Translations under genes and position numbers: made by a program
Shown here: positions 50,396 through 62,820 of the stretch, piece by piece
Layout of the letters: every line of letters starts with the position of its first letter
Numbering within the stretch: the stretch's first letter is position 1
Notes under the pieces: model-generated
The model's database searches: none
Seen by the model: only the letters and a program-made list of their open reading frames with translations
Told to the model about the DNA's origin: nothing
DNA from: Ramazzottius varieornatus
Lineage: Eukaryota; Animalia; Tardigrada
Direction: 5' to 3'
Assembly: GCA_001949185.1 (NCBI GenBank)
Contig: BDGG01000007.1
Location: 124,001-188,000, forward strand
Length of the DNA: 64,000 bases

Positions 50396-51085
50396 TCATG
50401 ACGGAAGTAGCTCGGTGGGCAACGCTGCCTGTACAATATCCGGTTTAGCCGTAACTCGCGTGTGACGGGTTAGCTCCATGCCTGCAAATACGGCGGTCGT
50501 CAATTGGACCCCAAAACTTGTGTTCCTCCTGTGGTACTTACTCGTTGTCATGTCGCATTCGTACTTCACCGTCAGAGATTTGCCGGCGCAACCGGCGTTT
50601 TTAGGTCCATCAGGAAACAGGCTCCGAGCCGGCAGGCTACAAGATGGTTTGTTTTCGCAAGCTGCGCGAATGGCGTCATAGGCTCGGGTAAAGTTGCAAA
50701 ACGTGGCCTTGGGGTTGATTTGTCTGTTGGGGGACGCACCAGCTTGCCTCACGGGTGCGGTGAAACGGGCATTCTGAATGTGGAACATCAGAGGACGATG
50801 GCGAGGGCAGGCAAAATTTCCGTCTTGTCCGTTCGGGATTACTTTCAGCCCGCTGAAGACATCGCTCTCTGATGAATCTGGTATCACGAAGAAAGCCTGA
50901 GTGGTTGATTGGCCGAGATCAGTTGTGCTCGTCGGTGCGGCGTGATATACCGATTGATATGCCATTAAAGCTATATAAATCTAATAAAAAGCAATGAAAA
51001 CGATCAGCTACTAACAGCCAGAATAAATCGATGCAAACGGGACCGTGGTTATACTTACCAGTATCTTCGTGAATATATCACGCAT
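50396..51085 (-). CDS. Secreted SUEL/galactose-rhamnose-lectin-like protein 1; exons 51085-51059, 50980-50542, ~50481-50396
   Basis: Signal peptide split by an intron; FACP..FHIQNARF..C..AYDAIRAACENKPSCSLPA..LF..C..KSLTVKYEC Cys pattern; ends TELLPS. Confidence 0.8.
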
Positions 51086-52459
51086 TTCGATGCGAGATGC
51101 CCGAAATCAAATCAAAATATCCTAATGATTACTCCTGCGCAGGTGTAAACGATCACGTTTGAATACTTCCGACCGTCGATTGTCTCTCGATTTTTAGGCA
51201 GCTAACCTTCCGAAGTCGGCGATACGAATGCTAACACGTGGTCTGACTCGGTTCCCCGCAGCGTTTATCGTTCGGCTTCTACTGTATATACTATAGCCCA
51301 TGCCTTTATTGTGGTGGTAAGTACTTCTAAATTATTGAAAAATGCATGATCGGTTCATGACTGTATCTGCTAAACGGAAAAAACGTAACAGAAGTAAATA
51401 TCCACCCTGCTGTCTCGAGGTTTCTGCAGAGTTCCTACACCTGCTTTTTTATATGCAAAATTGCCAATTTGCATTATCACACCCTTCCTACAAAACACTC
51501 GATTGCTGCATATCGATGGTTCCAATTCCGTGGCTTTTGAAGTTCCACATGCTTCGAGCCTACTTCCAAGACAGAAGGAGCGACAACTCAATGCAACGTG
51601 TAAGCAGATATTCGCTGTAGTGTTTTAAGCACAAAGAAGATACAGAAAGGCCGACCATCTCCTCCTGCATCTCCGATATCGGTACATGCCATTATTATGC
51701 ACGCAGAATCTACCGTAAGTTGTAAAGTGTTCCTAACAATTCGGTAAGTGCTGAAGGTTGATCTGTTTTAGTATGGAGATTTAATGACAATAAATTGACT
51801 GTGCGGATGTGCTAGTGTCCAGGAACGCAAATCGGCCTTTTCCTGTTCTCCTGTCTCATATTTGTTTTCTGTATGGTTCAAATGGTCTAAAGAGCTATCC
51901 ATTGTTTGTCTGCGGACCATTGCTACTTGCTCTGAAACGCCGCCATTACGTACGTGCGCGCCCAGAGCTCGGATCACAGGGAGTGTGGTTTAAGCTGTTG
52001 TGAAAACCTCTCGGATGAGTACGTTACATGGTTGCACCGCGATGGAACATGCTCTCTGAAACCAGGACTTGGTTATAAAGCAAAAGATAGCATACTTTCA
52101 CAATCAGATCCTCCGAGCTTGATACCTTTACCGTTTGCGGCTTGGAAGCAGACCGTGAGGTACGGTATATTATTCTCTTCCTACACTTGCTATCCGCATA
52201 CGCAGCTGGAAATTGAGTATCCGGCTGTCCGTTGAAATTAGTCAGGTATTCCGAAGGTGAACACGCGCTTCATTGCGATCGACAAAACGGTTCAAAACGG
52301 ATGCACGCTTATTTCAGGCAAAATATGCTGTAATCCGTAGTTGCAAGCTTCATGATGACGGAGCCAACTTACAAACACGCAACAAAACTTTCCTTAGAAA
52401 TAAAAAAATGTGAAAATTTTGCTATGATGAACGATGTATCCGAAGGCGCAAATTATTCG

Positions 52460-53087
52460 TCATTGCGGAAGTAATTCAGTAATTGCCGATGCTCCGGTGA
52501 TCCTCGGCTTATTTGGGACTGCGACGGGGTGCTCTTCCATAACTAAAACATAACTCATACTTAAACCATCCAAAGTTGCCATTAATCCTTGCAGTATTGC
52601 TCACCCATAAAATTGTCGCATGTGTAGTCCACCAGCACGGACTTGCCGGAACAGCCGGTGCTGCTTTTTCCAGTAGAAGGAACCAGGCTCCCCGCCGGTA
52701 GAGTACAAGACACTTTGTTGTCGCAAGCTGTACGGATGGCTTGCAGAACCTTCACGGTGGGGCAAATCGAGCTCTTGATACTGACTGGTTTGTTTCTGAC
52801 TCTACCGGTGGTGCTGGTTTCTGTGAAGCTGACGTTCTCTACGTGGATGTTCAAGGACGAGGGGCAAGAGAAGCTGGCTTGTTGCCTGCTTGGGAAGACC
52901 TTCCATCCTCTCCAGGAATCTGCTGAAAGAGAAGCCTTGCTGTCAGTAAATGCGCCACACGCGCTTCCGGTGATCCACGCAACCAAGAAGACTGCCACCT
53001 ACACAACATTGAAAAAACAGCTAAAAAAGTTGCATTTTCAGGCAAGTGGAGTTTACCTACCAAGAGGATCCTTGTTTGACGGAGCAT
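52460..53087 (-). CDS. Secreted SUEL-lectin-like protein 2 (3 exons)
   Basis: MLRQTRILL|VAVFLVAW..; FSCP..IHVENVSF..C..VLQAIRTACDNKVSCTLPA..C..KSVLVDYTC; last exon ends TELLPQ. Confidence 0.8.
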
Positions 53088-53632
53088 GGTGCAGCCTGTA
53101 ACCTGAGATCGGAATTCCGATTCGAACTACTAAACTAACGAGGTTGACAGCGAACTTTGACTTTGAATTCCGCTGGTTGAGACACCTGCTCGTTTGTCTG
53201 GTTTTTTCATTCAGAAGTGCTCAGTGTAATTATGAGTGCTGCTTTACAAGTTCCCCGTTGAGCTTCTGTTTACTTCTGTTTTTGGTACTGTGCCCTGCAA
53301 CGGAAAGCTAGTTCTCCTGCTGTCCAACCGGTTTGCTTTCTATAGTATCGACCATCATACAGCCTGTCGCGCCCGACTTATTAATTTATGATACTGTAAC
53401 TTTATCAATAGCATGTCCGTGGAAAAAGTATAAAACGGTCTGGATAGCACCTAAAAGGTACAGCCAATACCGGTACATGCACTTATACCGGACAATACTT
53501 AGGCAGAATTCTCTGAGGGCATCCGGCGTATTGAAAGTTCTAAAACAAAATCGATGCAAACACAACAAATATTATCTTGTCACTTCGCTAAATCGCACAG
53601 TAAAATTGCATGTATGTGGTTTCGATCCTTTC

Positions 53633-54340
53633 CTAAGCCGGAAGAAGTTCCATGATGGCTGCTGAAACGGTCGTGATGATTCCCCTGGGCCGGGTGCTGA
53701 AGCCAGAATTATTTACTGAGCAAAATGTAAGCAATATATTGATAGCTTGAACTTACAACGATCTAACAGCTAAGGATCGAAGTGAGGGTTGTTGCCCCAA
53801 ACACCGAAACGTTCCGCAATATTTACCAACGAATAAAGCTTTTGGTTGTTCACTTTCAAGATACGAGGCAGGTAGCGAAAAACAAAATGTGAGTTTTCGA
53901 GCCAGGTTACACTTACTCGTGTCGCAAAGGTATTCCACCACGAGAGATTTGCCTGCGCAACCAGCGTTTCCAGGACCCACAGGAGATATAGTCCGGGCTG
54001 GTAGGAAGCAGGATGGTTTGTTATTGTGAGGTGTACGAATAGCTTTGAGCGCGCGAATGGCATTACAAGGAGTTTCTTTGCCGTTGGCCAGTCTATTCTC
54101 GAACGTGCTGCCAACCTTAGCGGCTGCTGCGAAACTGACGTTCTGCACGTGGAAAATTAGATGACCGGGACCAGTGAAGTTTGCATTCCGCTCACTCAGA
54201 AGTATTCTGTGCCCGTTGAAACGGGAGGGAGCTGGTGTCGGTAGAACATGTACAGGTTGAAGGCTTAATTGGCCCTTGCTAGTCGCATTCGTCGCTATTG
54301 TACCGAACGCCGAGTGAAACGTGAGCAAACACTGAGCCGC
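53633..54340 (-). pseudogene. SUEL-lectin-like paralogue 3 (two conserved Cys lost, first exon not found)
   Basis: NFTGP replaces FxCP and RTPHNNKPSC replaces RxACxNKxSC. Same donor position; last exon ends MELLPA*. It could be a divergent functional gene. Confidence 0.65.
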
Positions 54341-55355
54341 CTAGAAATCATAGTCCGGTACTTCGGTATTCGGTATACAGTAGTGTCAGGTATCAGCATA
54401 CAGTAGTATCAGCATTCGGTATACTGTAGCATCAGGTGCGGAAGCATGACTAGTCACTCCTCCGACGGAGATTTCCGAAATTTTTCCTGACCTCGAACCC
54501 CGATTTTTGATTGGGTATCCACCCGTAGTAGTAAGGTACTTGAATGATTTGTTTGGCAGCGAGTTCATGCCTTTACTGTAGGAGTATGGCGGAAGAGAGA
54601 GAATAAACTCTTCGCAGCCGTTTTTTGCACCTTCCCTGGAGGAAATTTTTTTCTCACTGGAGGTGCTCTAATTTGCGACATGGCGATAATCCGTCAGTAT
54701 CAGGTCCCATCTTCATGGTATGTCAAGAAGAGTTTTCAGTGCCACCTCCTGCAGTTTTGCAAAATCCGTTTGTTCAATTAGGACGCTGGAGCTGATTTGC
54801 AACAATAGTGTTCTGAGACTGAATAATTCGTTTAGTGGACGGCGAGTTTTTTCCATCATTCTTGCCCTTACCAGAGAGGTCTAGTCTCATGCTACCGTTA
54901 TGCAGGGCAGAAGGATTTTAAAGCGGTCTGGATTTTGTGATAGCAACCAGACAGCAACCAGACGATGGTGCGCAGACGATTCCAAATCTTGTGCCGTTTC
55001 CGCTCTTTCGAAACATTCAGACTTTCGATTCAGAACCTACTTATTATCGCTGGCAGCATTGCGATCTGAGACTGGTTTGCTCACATTCAGAGCCAGGAGG
55101 GTAAAGAAAGGCACGAATGTGCGTTATTTTTAGGATGCGCGAGGTAAACGGGGTATCCAAGTCCCTGGTGTTCTGCCTTCCCGTTCTGTCATAGATATCC
55201 TGCGAGGATATAGTAAGACATCTCAAAGACATCTCAAATAGTTCGGGGAGAATCCGATTCAGCAAACTCCCCGTACACGTTGTTGTCCGGCCCCAATTTC
55301 GATCTTTCGTAGGGATGAATTCCGAGCCGAAAATCTCCAGAGCGGAGTAGATTTA

Positions 55356-55656
55356 CGAGGTAAAAGGTGTAAAGTTAGCCGGCCTGCATCGGACTTATAA
55401 GGTTAGCCATCCGAACTTGCCTGCTATTTCGCACTTATTCCCCAACGTTTATGGACAAGTTGATAAATAAAACAACGGGCTGTCGAATGGTACTAGTCGT
55501 AATCAACGCGAAGATTCACAGAATCTAGGAGACTTTCAACCCCATGTTGAAGAGCCTGAACCGACAATCAACTAACCAATCAAGCACCATGCGAAACAGC
55601 GGTGTCTGACTTTACAAGTCCGGTACAGGCCGGCTAACTTTTCACGTTTTACGTCG
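55356..55656. repeat. Foldback element with ~50-bp inverted arms
   Basis: CGAGGTAAAAGGTGTAAAGTTAGCCGGCCTGCATCGGACTTATAAG matches the reverse complement of 55610-55656 with scattered mismatches. Confidence 0.7.
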
Positions 55657-58583
55657 TGCCCAATCTTCTACGGTGCGCTTGTCAGCTGCTCTCTTTCGAG
55701 AAATGCATATCTTTCTGCCCGTGTGCGATGCGTTGGCGCCTCGAAAAGACCCAAAATTTTGATCATCCACGGTTCAGTTTACTTGTTCTTGTTTTCCTTC
55801 GGAGTTGAAAAACTCAGAATGATAGAACGCCAGACGGTAGCCAGGAGTCGGCAGGCCTGGATCTAAAAAAAGCCTGTTTTTTAACATCAGATAGGCTAAA
55901 AATTCGAAGGGAAGAAACACAGAAAACGCTGTTTTCATGCTTTCAAGAAGAGCTTTTTCTGTGTCCGAAAATAGGCAGTTTTGGAACACGGATTAGTATT
56001 TATTCTGTATCAAGAAAGCTCTGAATTGGCTGTTCATTCGAGCCAAAAAAATCCGCGTAATCCAGACACAAATTATGCTTTTTTTCCTAGCTTAAGGAGA
56101 GACGGAAAACATGATTTCTGATGGAGATTTCAACTCGACCAAGCAAGTCCAAAATTGGGAAAAACTTCGCAAAACCAAACTACGACAAGCTGAACTGTAT
56201 GGAAACGCAGCGGAGGATAAAACGCAAAAATCAGAATGTGCCATGCACATAAAATAATGTTAAACTTCTTACAGTAATCTGCTACACTCATGTCGAGCTC
56301 GAAAAGGCCGTCACTGAGCATGCGGTGTCAGAAGAACGAACAAGGGAACGGTAAACGGATTGAAAAATAAGTGCTCCTTTCCGGTTGCGAGTCGGATGTG
56401 CCTGTGAACAACCAAAAATTAGCCGTCAAGCAGCTGAATGTGCTGCAGCAAATATTTGAAACAGAAACCCGAATCCGATCGACGTACCGTGTCAATCTGC
56501 TTACTTGTGGAACCCAAGCTCGCTCTTCAGATCAGATGGCTGTTGTGCTCGGAACTGCTTGCTAGTGTTTATTGGAACCCTTGACCGTTTCGAGAAGCGA
56601 ATGGCGTTAGCTCTCGTACTGCAAGAAGAAAAAATACCGTGAGAGTGAAGCAATCAATCAATCAACAGTTAGTATAATCAAAGCTGCAAAGCTTCCATAC
56701 GACCAGAAACGGCACAGTACGCGAATCCTTATGCTCATGTTAGAATATTCTGAAGTTTAGGCTCGAAAAGAGCAGAATTCTTACCCTGAGACCGATGGGT
56801 CCGAGCTTGGGCGAAAAGACGGGAGACGACAGGAGCGAACGAGATCGCTCCAGTGGTAGGTAGACGCCATGCCTCCGATCCACTCGTCTTGTGCGTCCGT
56901 AAAACATCATTTTTTGCTCCGCAGCAAGGCCAGGTCCCTTCGTCAAGCACGCAGTCATATGAAAAGCTCAGCTTACGAAAGCTGATCAAGAAACGGATCA
57001 CATTCTCCGGGAAAAAGAGATCCAGAGAGCGAAATTCAAAATGGCCACTTGCCCAAAACAAAAGTGCTGAATCAAGCCAGGCTCGGTTGATTCAAGTAGG
57101 GAAAATTTACAGCTGTATTAGTGAAGGTCCGCCTCCATCCGTTTTCTGTTTAGCCTGAGCTTTGTCAGGGCATACGATCGAATTGGCTTAAATATCACCC
57201 ACAAAACGAAGTACTCCACCCGATTAGCTATTTAGTCGCTGTGCTTCGATACAGCAGTGCGCGACTGAATCGTGCAGTTTCACACGGGAAGGTGACAGAC
57301 AGAAAGCTTCAAGACGAAAGAACAAGGTGGAGTGTAACTAGGAGTTGACGTGTTTCCTGGAGTAAAAAGTCATACTTCCGCACCTAGTACAGTTCGCGAC
57401 AGCGCTTTTTTGAACGCCAGAGAACCCAACAACTCTTCGGTACATACTGCATAGCCTCGCGCAGCGGGGACACGGCCCTGTACCCCTAACGCATCGCAGT
57501 CTGGCGGTTTCGCCGCCTTTGTGCTCTGGTCCGCTAGCTAGAGTTGGAAAGCAGCAGTGGCCGGTGGCTGGATGCAACCCTATGTTAAGTAATATGCAAA
57601 AAATGCTGCAACCGCGAGACGACAGTTCACGGTGTGGTTGTTGTGAACATTGGGCCACTCAAGGGTTCTTTGACACAAACTGCATAAACTTGGAACAGGG
57701 GATGGACGTCTTTATGGATGGGCGTTCTTTGGTCACGCGAAAGCGCGTGTTTGTTCCCTGTAGCTTTGGCGGGTAGGGTCCAATTGTGAATTGTGATCCG
57801 AATGATCAATTTATCCTGTAATACACGACGGCAAGGCAAGGAGAGATTTGTGTTTAATCCTAACATTTGGAGGGCGGTTATGGGTGAATAAATACAGTTT
57901 GGGACCTATGGGTAAATATTCGTGTGTCCTGTTGTATCCTATTGATGAGCGTACATGTCAATTCGCTTCGCGGAACCGGATCGTGGCCGGGAAGAACGAG
58001 AAAGAAGAACTAAATGAGTGTAAACAAAAAGCTCAGCCGTTGAGGCGAAAACGAAATTTCAAAGTTCGGCCAGGCTGCACGCTGCAGCCTGACTCGCTTA
58101 GGCTGAGCTATTGTAGCGTCAGTGACGTCGCAAGCACGATCAGCACGATGGCTTGATCGGCTTGATTGGCCAAAAGACCGGGTCTCGAGGATGCACGGTG
58201 TCCAGTAGACGGCGCACTGCTGATCTTAAGCTATGTTTTTGGTGATATGAGAAGTTTCTGTTTTCGGTTTCCAATGAGGGACACAATACCGATGTCAAAA
58301 ACAGAAGGCATCTGAAGAAACTGATTGGTGATGGGCTATCGGATGGTGTCAGTGCACAGATCCGATTGCAATTTGGCATGGAGCAACCAGTGACACGGAA
58401 GAAAAAATGGCTCTCAAATATTACCTCGTCCGGATCATATGATCCAAAACCAGCTGGCCACAAAAAAACCGCTTGTTTCAGAAAAGTCCGCGTGCTTCGA
58501 AGTGGAACGTATGAAGAACGCAACGTTTTCGTTATTTACTGTATGAAGGTTTCGAAGCTTATTTCGGCTCTTCCGGTCCGTGA

Positions 58584-59780
58584 CAGGGCTGAGCAGTTAT
58601 GCAATCCTCACATCTCCGTTTCGTTTTCGTTATTAACCAAAATTTTTTACCGTTTCAGTTTCGTTATAAAATTTTGGGAACTGTTTTTCGTTATAAACCG
58701 TCATAACAAAACATTGTATATATACTTATCTGTTTTCGACAGACTTGCTTTTGATGTTGGAATCTAAGAGCTCTTGATTAATGTTACAGAAGAGAAGCAT
58801 CTCAAAATTCGAGTCGTTAGTACTGAGTCTAATTTCACTAAGAAACCTCCCGGAAATGCTGAAAATGCGTTCAATACCAGCGGTCGTCGCTGGAGCACAC
58901 AGAATCTGCTTCGCAACGACTACCAGACGCTTAAAAATATCTTGCGTTCCCTTCAAACGGTAGAAGTCCAGCGGGTTCTCGCCAGTCCAGTCATTATTCA
59001 GGAACAACTCGTACTCGGCCTCGACGGTAATCGTCGAACTTCGCGAGTGCTTGACCGCGGGGACGTCATCCTCCATGAAGCTGAAGAGCTCCGACTTCTT
59101 TCCTTCGCTTAAAAAACCCCATGCACTGACGGCTAATTGCAATTAGTTGCGCACAAACCTGGGCTTCCTGGTATCGGGGAGGGCTGTGTCATCGCGGCCT
59201 TCCTCGAGCCTGACGTCCCGCATCATTCTCAAGATCAGAGCTCTAGTACGACTCTCAGTTTCTTTCGGCTTCTTGGAGCCCCGACTGCAACGCAGCAGCC
59301 AAATACAGATCATCATCCTCAAGCTTATCAAAGCGCTCTTCTAAAAGTGCGAGGAGCTCCAAGCTGTATTTTTCCAACAGCATACATTCTCCGCTAGCTA
59401 TCATGTTGGTCAGCTGTATTCGAAGACCGAAAAGAATTGGCAAAACGTTGCAGATCGCCGGAATGTGATGACGCTGAAGCTTCATGAATGCGTCTTGGAA
59501 AGGCTTCGTTATCTTGACGAAATGTTTAAGGACAACTTCATGGTCTGGAGACAATCTGTATTTCTTGTCAAGGCCTACTTTGTCCCAGTCGAGCTGCAAG
59601 GCATGTTCGCCCATAATGAAGTTACTTTTCCAGCGAGTTGCACATCGCGCTTTGAGGGCCTTGCCAAACTCTTCTTCCACCTTCTCGGTCATCCCCACTG
59701 AATGTCTAACACTTGACACGACGGATGCGAGGGCTTCTACAGACTTGGCATATCAGAACACCTTTTCGCCCAGTTCACTG
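58584..59780 (-). mobile_element. 5'-truncated hAT transposon (3' half of the transposase plus the right end)
   Basis: CATRWKS..KPFQDAFMKLQ..NPLDFY..AKQILCAPATTAGIERIFS..LLFCN; terminus CAGGGCTG at 58584 with TTTCGTTAT subterminal repeats. Confidence 0.85.
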
Positions 59781-59976
59781 AAGCACGATAATTCGTACAA
59801 GGATTTTTTGCTGCCATTGAACACCCTCACCTCCGTTGTTTCCTTGTGGCAACGGTCGGTACCAGCATGCCAGTTCGAAGCTGGGTTTCCCAACGAAACC
59901 GGACATTGGTTAACGTCCACCTTAAATAAATCAGTCTCGACCACCACAGCGCCTACGTACCTAAAAACAAGCCAAC

Positions 59977-62214
59977 TAGAGCTGTTAAAAACCAGACCCG
60001 ACCATTTTCAAAATGGTCTAAGCGGTTTAAGTGGTTGGTGGTTTGGACGACAGACCAGACCACCTGCAACCACATAGCTTTCCAGACCAAACCACTCAGA
60101 CTGGTTTGCGCTCTACGCCAAACCACATAAGCCACTGAAGACGAAGATGACCGGAACCGCAGGGAATTCGACGCCAGGGATGACGATGAAACTGAAGATC
60201 TGGGAACGAGCAGCGATAACGGGCTACCAGCCGACGAAGCCTCTTCGAGTGACATGCCGCCTCCCTCCCCTCAGAGTGAGACGTCTGCTGCGTCAGCTGA
60301 ACTGCCAAAGAGAACGAAAACTACCACCTCGCCAGTATGGGATCACTACATCGTCAGCTGGGAAAAGGGAGTAAAGATGGTCAAATGCAAATACTGCCAA
60401 GTGACGTATAAAAACCCGTCTGGGACATCTACTCTCACAGCACACATGTCCAAGCACCCCTTACAGCTCAAGCCTAAACCTAAGCCACCCATTCCGGCAT
60501 GGTGTCAGCAGACGAGTGCGGAGGTCTCAAAGATATCGACGCAGAAGCAAGCAGAGGCGACGGGGCTGCTGAAGAAGTGGATTGCGTGCTCAGCTAAGCC
60601 TTTCAGTACCGTTGAAGATCCGTACTTCGTTGCTTATTCCAAAAGTCTGAACTCGGCTTACAAGGTAATTAATTATTCTACCTGCCACCACTTGCAGATT
60701 CATTCTAGATGTTTCCATGCCTTGTCAATCTTTCCCAGGTACCATGTCGGCAGACATTGCGTAAGCTGCTCGTGAACGACTATGCAGAGCGTCGCAAAGC
60801 TGTCACCGCGGAGCTCAAGAGCGTTACAAGTAGATTTTCAATCACTTGTGACATGTGGAAGGCAAGATCGAAAAGACAGCCGTACATGGTGATCACGCTT
60901 CACTGGATCAACAACGAATGGGTTTTGAAGAACATTGTCCTCGACTTCCGCTACCTTCCAGTTATCCACACGGCAGACAATATGAAAGCCGTCATTCTCG
61001 ACACGCTGAAAGAGCACAGCTTACAGCACAGGATCCTTTGCTGTACTACCGACGGAGCTGCAGCCATGAAAGCTATGTTTAGAGTACTGTCACTCGACAC
61101 GGAAAAAGATCGACGACTTTTCGGAAGAAACTCAGCTAATGGTAAAATTCATCACTTAATAGTGTGAAGTGATCTGATGAATTTTTTTGCAGAGTACGTA
61201 TTTACGTTTTAGTTGCTTTTTCTTTTTAGTGCCGTCATTCCGGATTTGGTGTGTTGCTCACTTGGTCGAGACTGTTGCGAGAGTCGCTACAGGAGAGAAG
61301 GCAGACATAGTCGACGAAGTGCGATCGTTAGTATCGTTCATCCACAGACCGACGATAGACGAAGAGTACCTCAAGTTCGCCGAAAGAAGTAACCTGTGCC
61401 TTCCGCTCGATGTCTCCACACGATGGAATAGCGTCCTTAACATGATTGAGGCTGCATTTGAGCAGCGAGAAAGCATCACGAACTATATTTCAACCAAGAA
61501 GGGTGACATCATCAAGCAGAAGCTGACCGACGAAGAGTGGATGGAGATTGATGACATGGTTCAGCTTCTGAAGCCACTCGAACAAGTTACCGTCGAATGT
61601 TCCGCTTATAAGGTACGGCCACCTTCTGGAAGAATATTCGCAATAGTACTGAATTTCGCCTCTGGTACGAGTAAAACGTTACTGTCGAGAAAAATTTTGT
61701 GCGGTTATGATGTCAAATGTATATTAATCCTTCTCACTTGTTGCAAACTCGAACGTTCCATCTGGGTCTTTCTCAGCTTCTGTATCTACGGTGCCATTTG
61801 AGAGAAATCACCCGGGACGAACTGAATGCAATCAGATTACATTCTGAATTTTCGGTCTTAGTGTGCAGAAACATCTTCGTATACTTCAGTAAACATGCTC
61901 GTTTGAATATTTAATTCGGTTGTTTTCCGATCTTGTCCTAGCCTGAATGGATATCTGCGTTGGCAACCAAAATGTTAGGAAAGCTCGAAGAGATCGTCGT
62001 GGATGAATGGACTGCTGAAGATGAGTTTGCATTTCCTGCAGCTGCGCGCATGCTGGACCCTTCCATCAAAGATGGGGAATACAACGACGAAGAACAACGC
62101 GCAAAGCATCGCGGGCAGCTCAAGACCCTCGTAAAGCTTTACGAGGCAGCTCGCAGCAGAGCCAGAGCTTCTAACAAGGCAACCAACAGTCTTCCACCGA
62201 CAACCCCTACTTAG
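59977..62214 (+). mobile_element. 3'-truncated hAT (Ac-like) transposon with intron-containing transposase, inside an intron of the GPR158-like gene
   Basis: Left end TAGAGCTGTT with ACCAGACC repeats; BED finger SPVWDHY..CKYC..HMSKH; SITCDMW, HTADN, TTDGAAAM, CVAH, STRWNS. No dimerisation domain and no right TIR. Confidence 0.88.
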
Positions 62215-62648
62215 TACCATCCGAGCAAAGCTACACGCGAAGGTAACTTTGAGTAGGAGTATAATATGTCAAACAGATTTTCACCTGTGCGTTTGGAGGT
62301 GGCGCCACTTGGTATGTCGAGGGACCAGATCTGCCACCGGTACCACTGCTGCCACCAGCCACTTGTTCGTTCTTCCACAGTCGAAATATGGCGGTGACCA
62401 TTTAACGGGACCCGGGTCAGCTTGCGGTTCAGGTGGTCCGAAGAACTCGGTGGTCGTTTGTGTCCCATTGGCATACTTGATATGCACCGAGTACGCCACT
62501 TTCTGGTAGTCGGAAGTGCTCTTGTCGGGCAGCCAGGAAGTGAACCACTCGTTGATACGGTACAAGGGATGCGTATAATTTGAAGTGGACATTGAGGAAA
62601 CACCTGATCGAGGAAAATACTTGTTTCAACAGACGTTACATAGAAGCT

Positions 62649-62820
62649 GGGCAAATGAGAACTGAACCACATCTTTTCCACAAGGAGCGCACGTTGTCAA
62701 TATTTTTGGCTGGTAGCGTGCGCAACTTGCAGCTGATTTCTCAACTGGCGCACGCTTTCACTGTCGTTAGCTGAAAGCGTGCGCCACTTGCGAAAACGAT
62801 CTGGTTCAGTTTAATTTCCC
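62649..62820. repeat. Intronic palindromic mini-element, copy 4 (double hairpin)
   Basis: GGGCAAATGAGAACTGAACC...GGTTCAGTTTAATTTCCC with two GCGCAC...GTGCGC units. Confidence 0.7.

Noticed and set aside
667-54340. Functional glycan/immune gene cluster (TLP, fucosyltransferase, lectins)
   Set aside because: The genes are dispersed among unrelated housekeeping genes, with no sequence evidence of co-regulation.
56130-58560. Exon-like segments on the minus strand as the continuation of the GPR158-like gene
   Set aside because: None encodes the expected EGF-like C-x-C segment, and I could not assemble a coherent frame; left unannotated.
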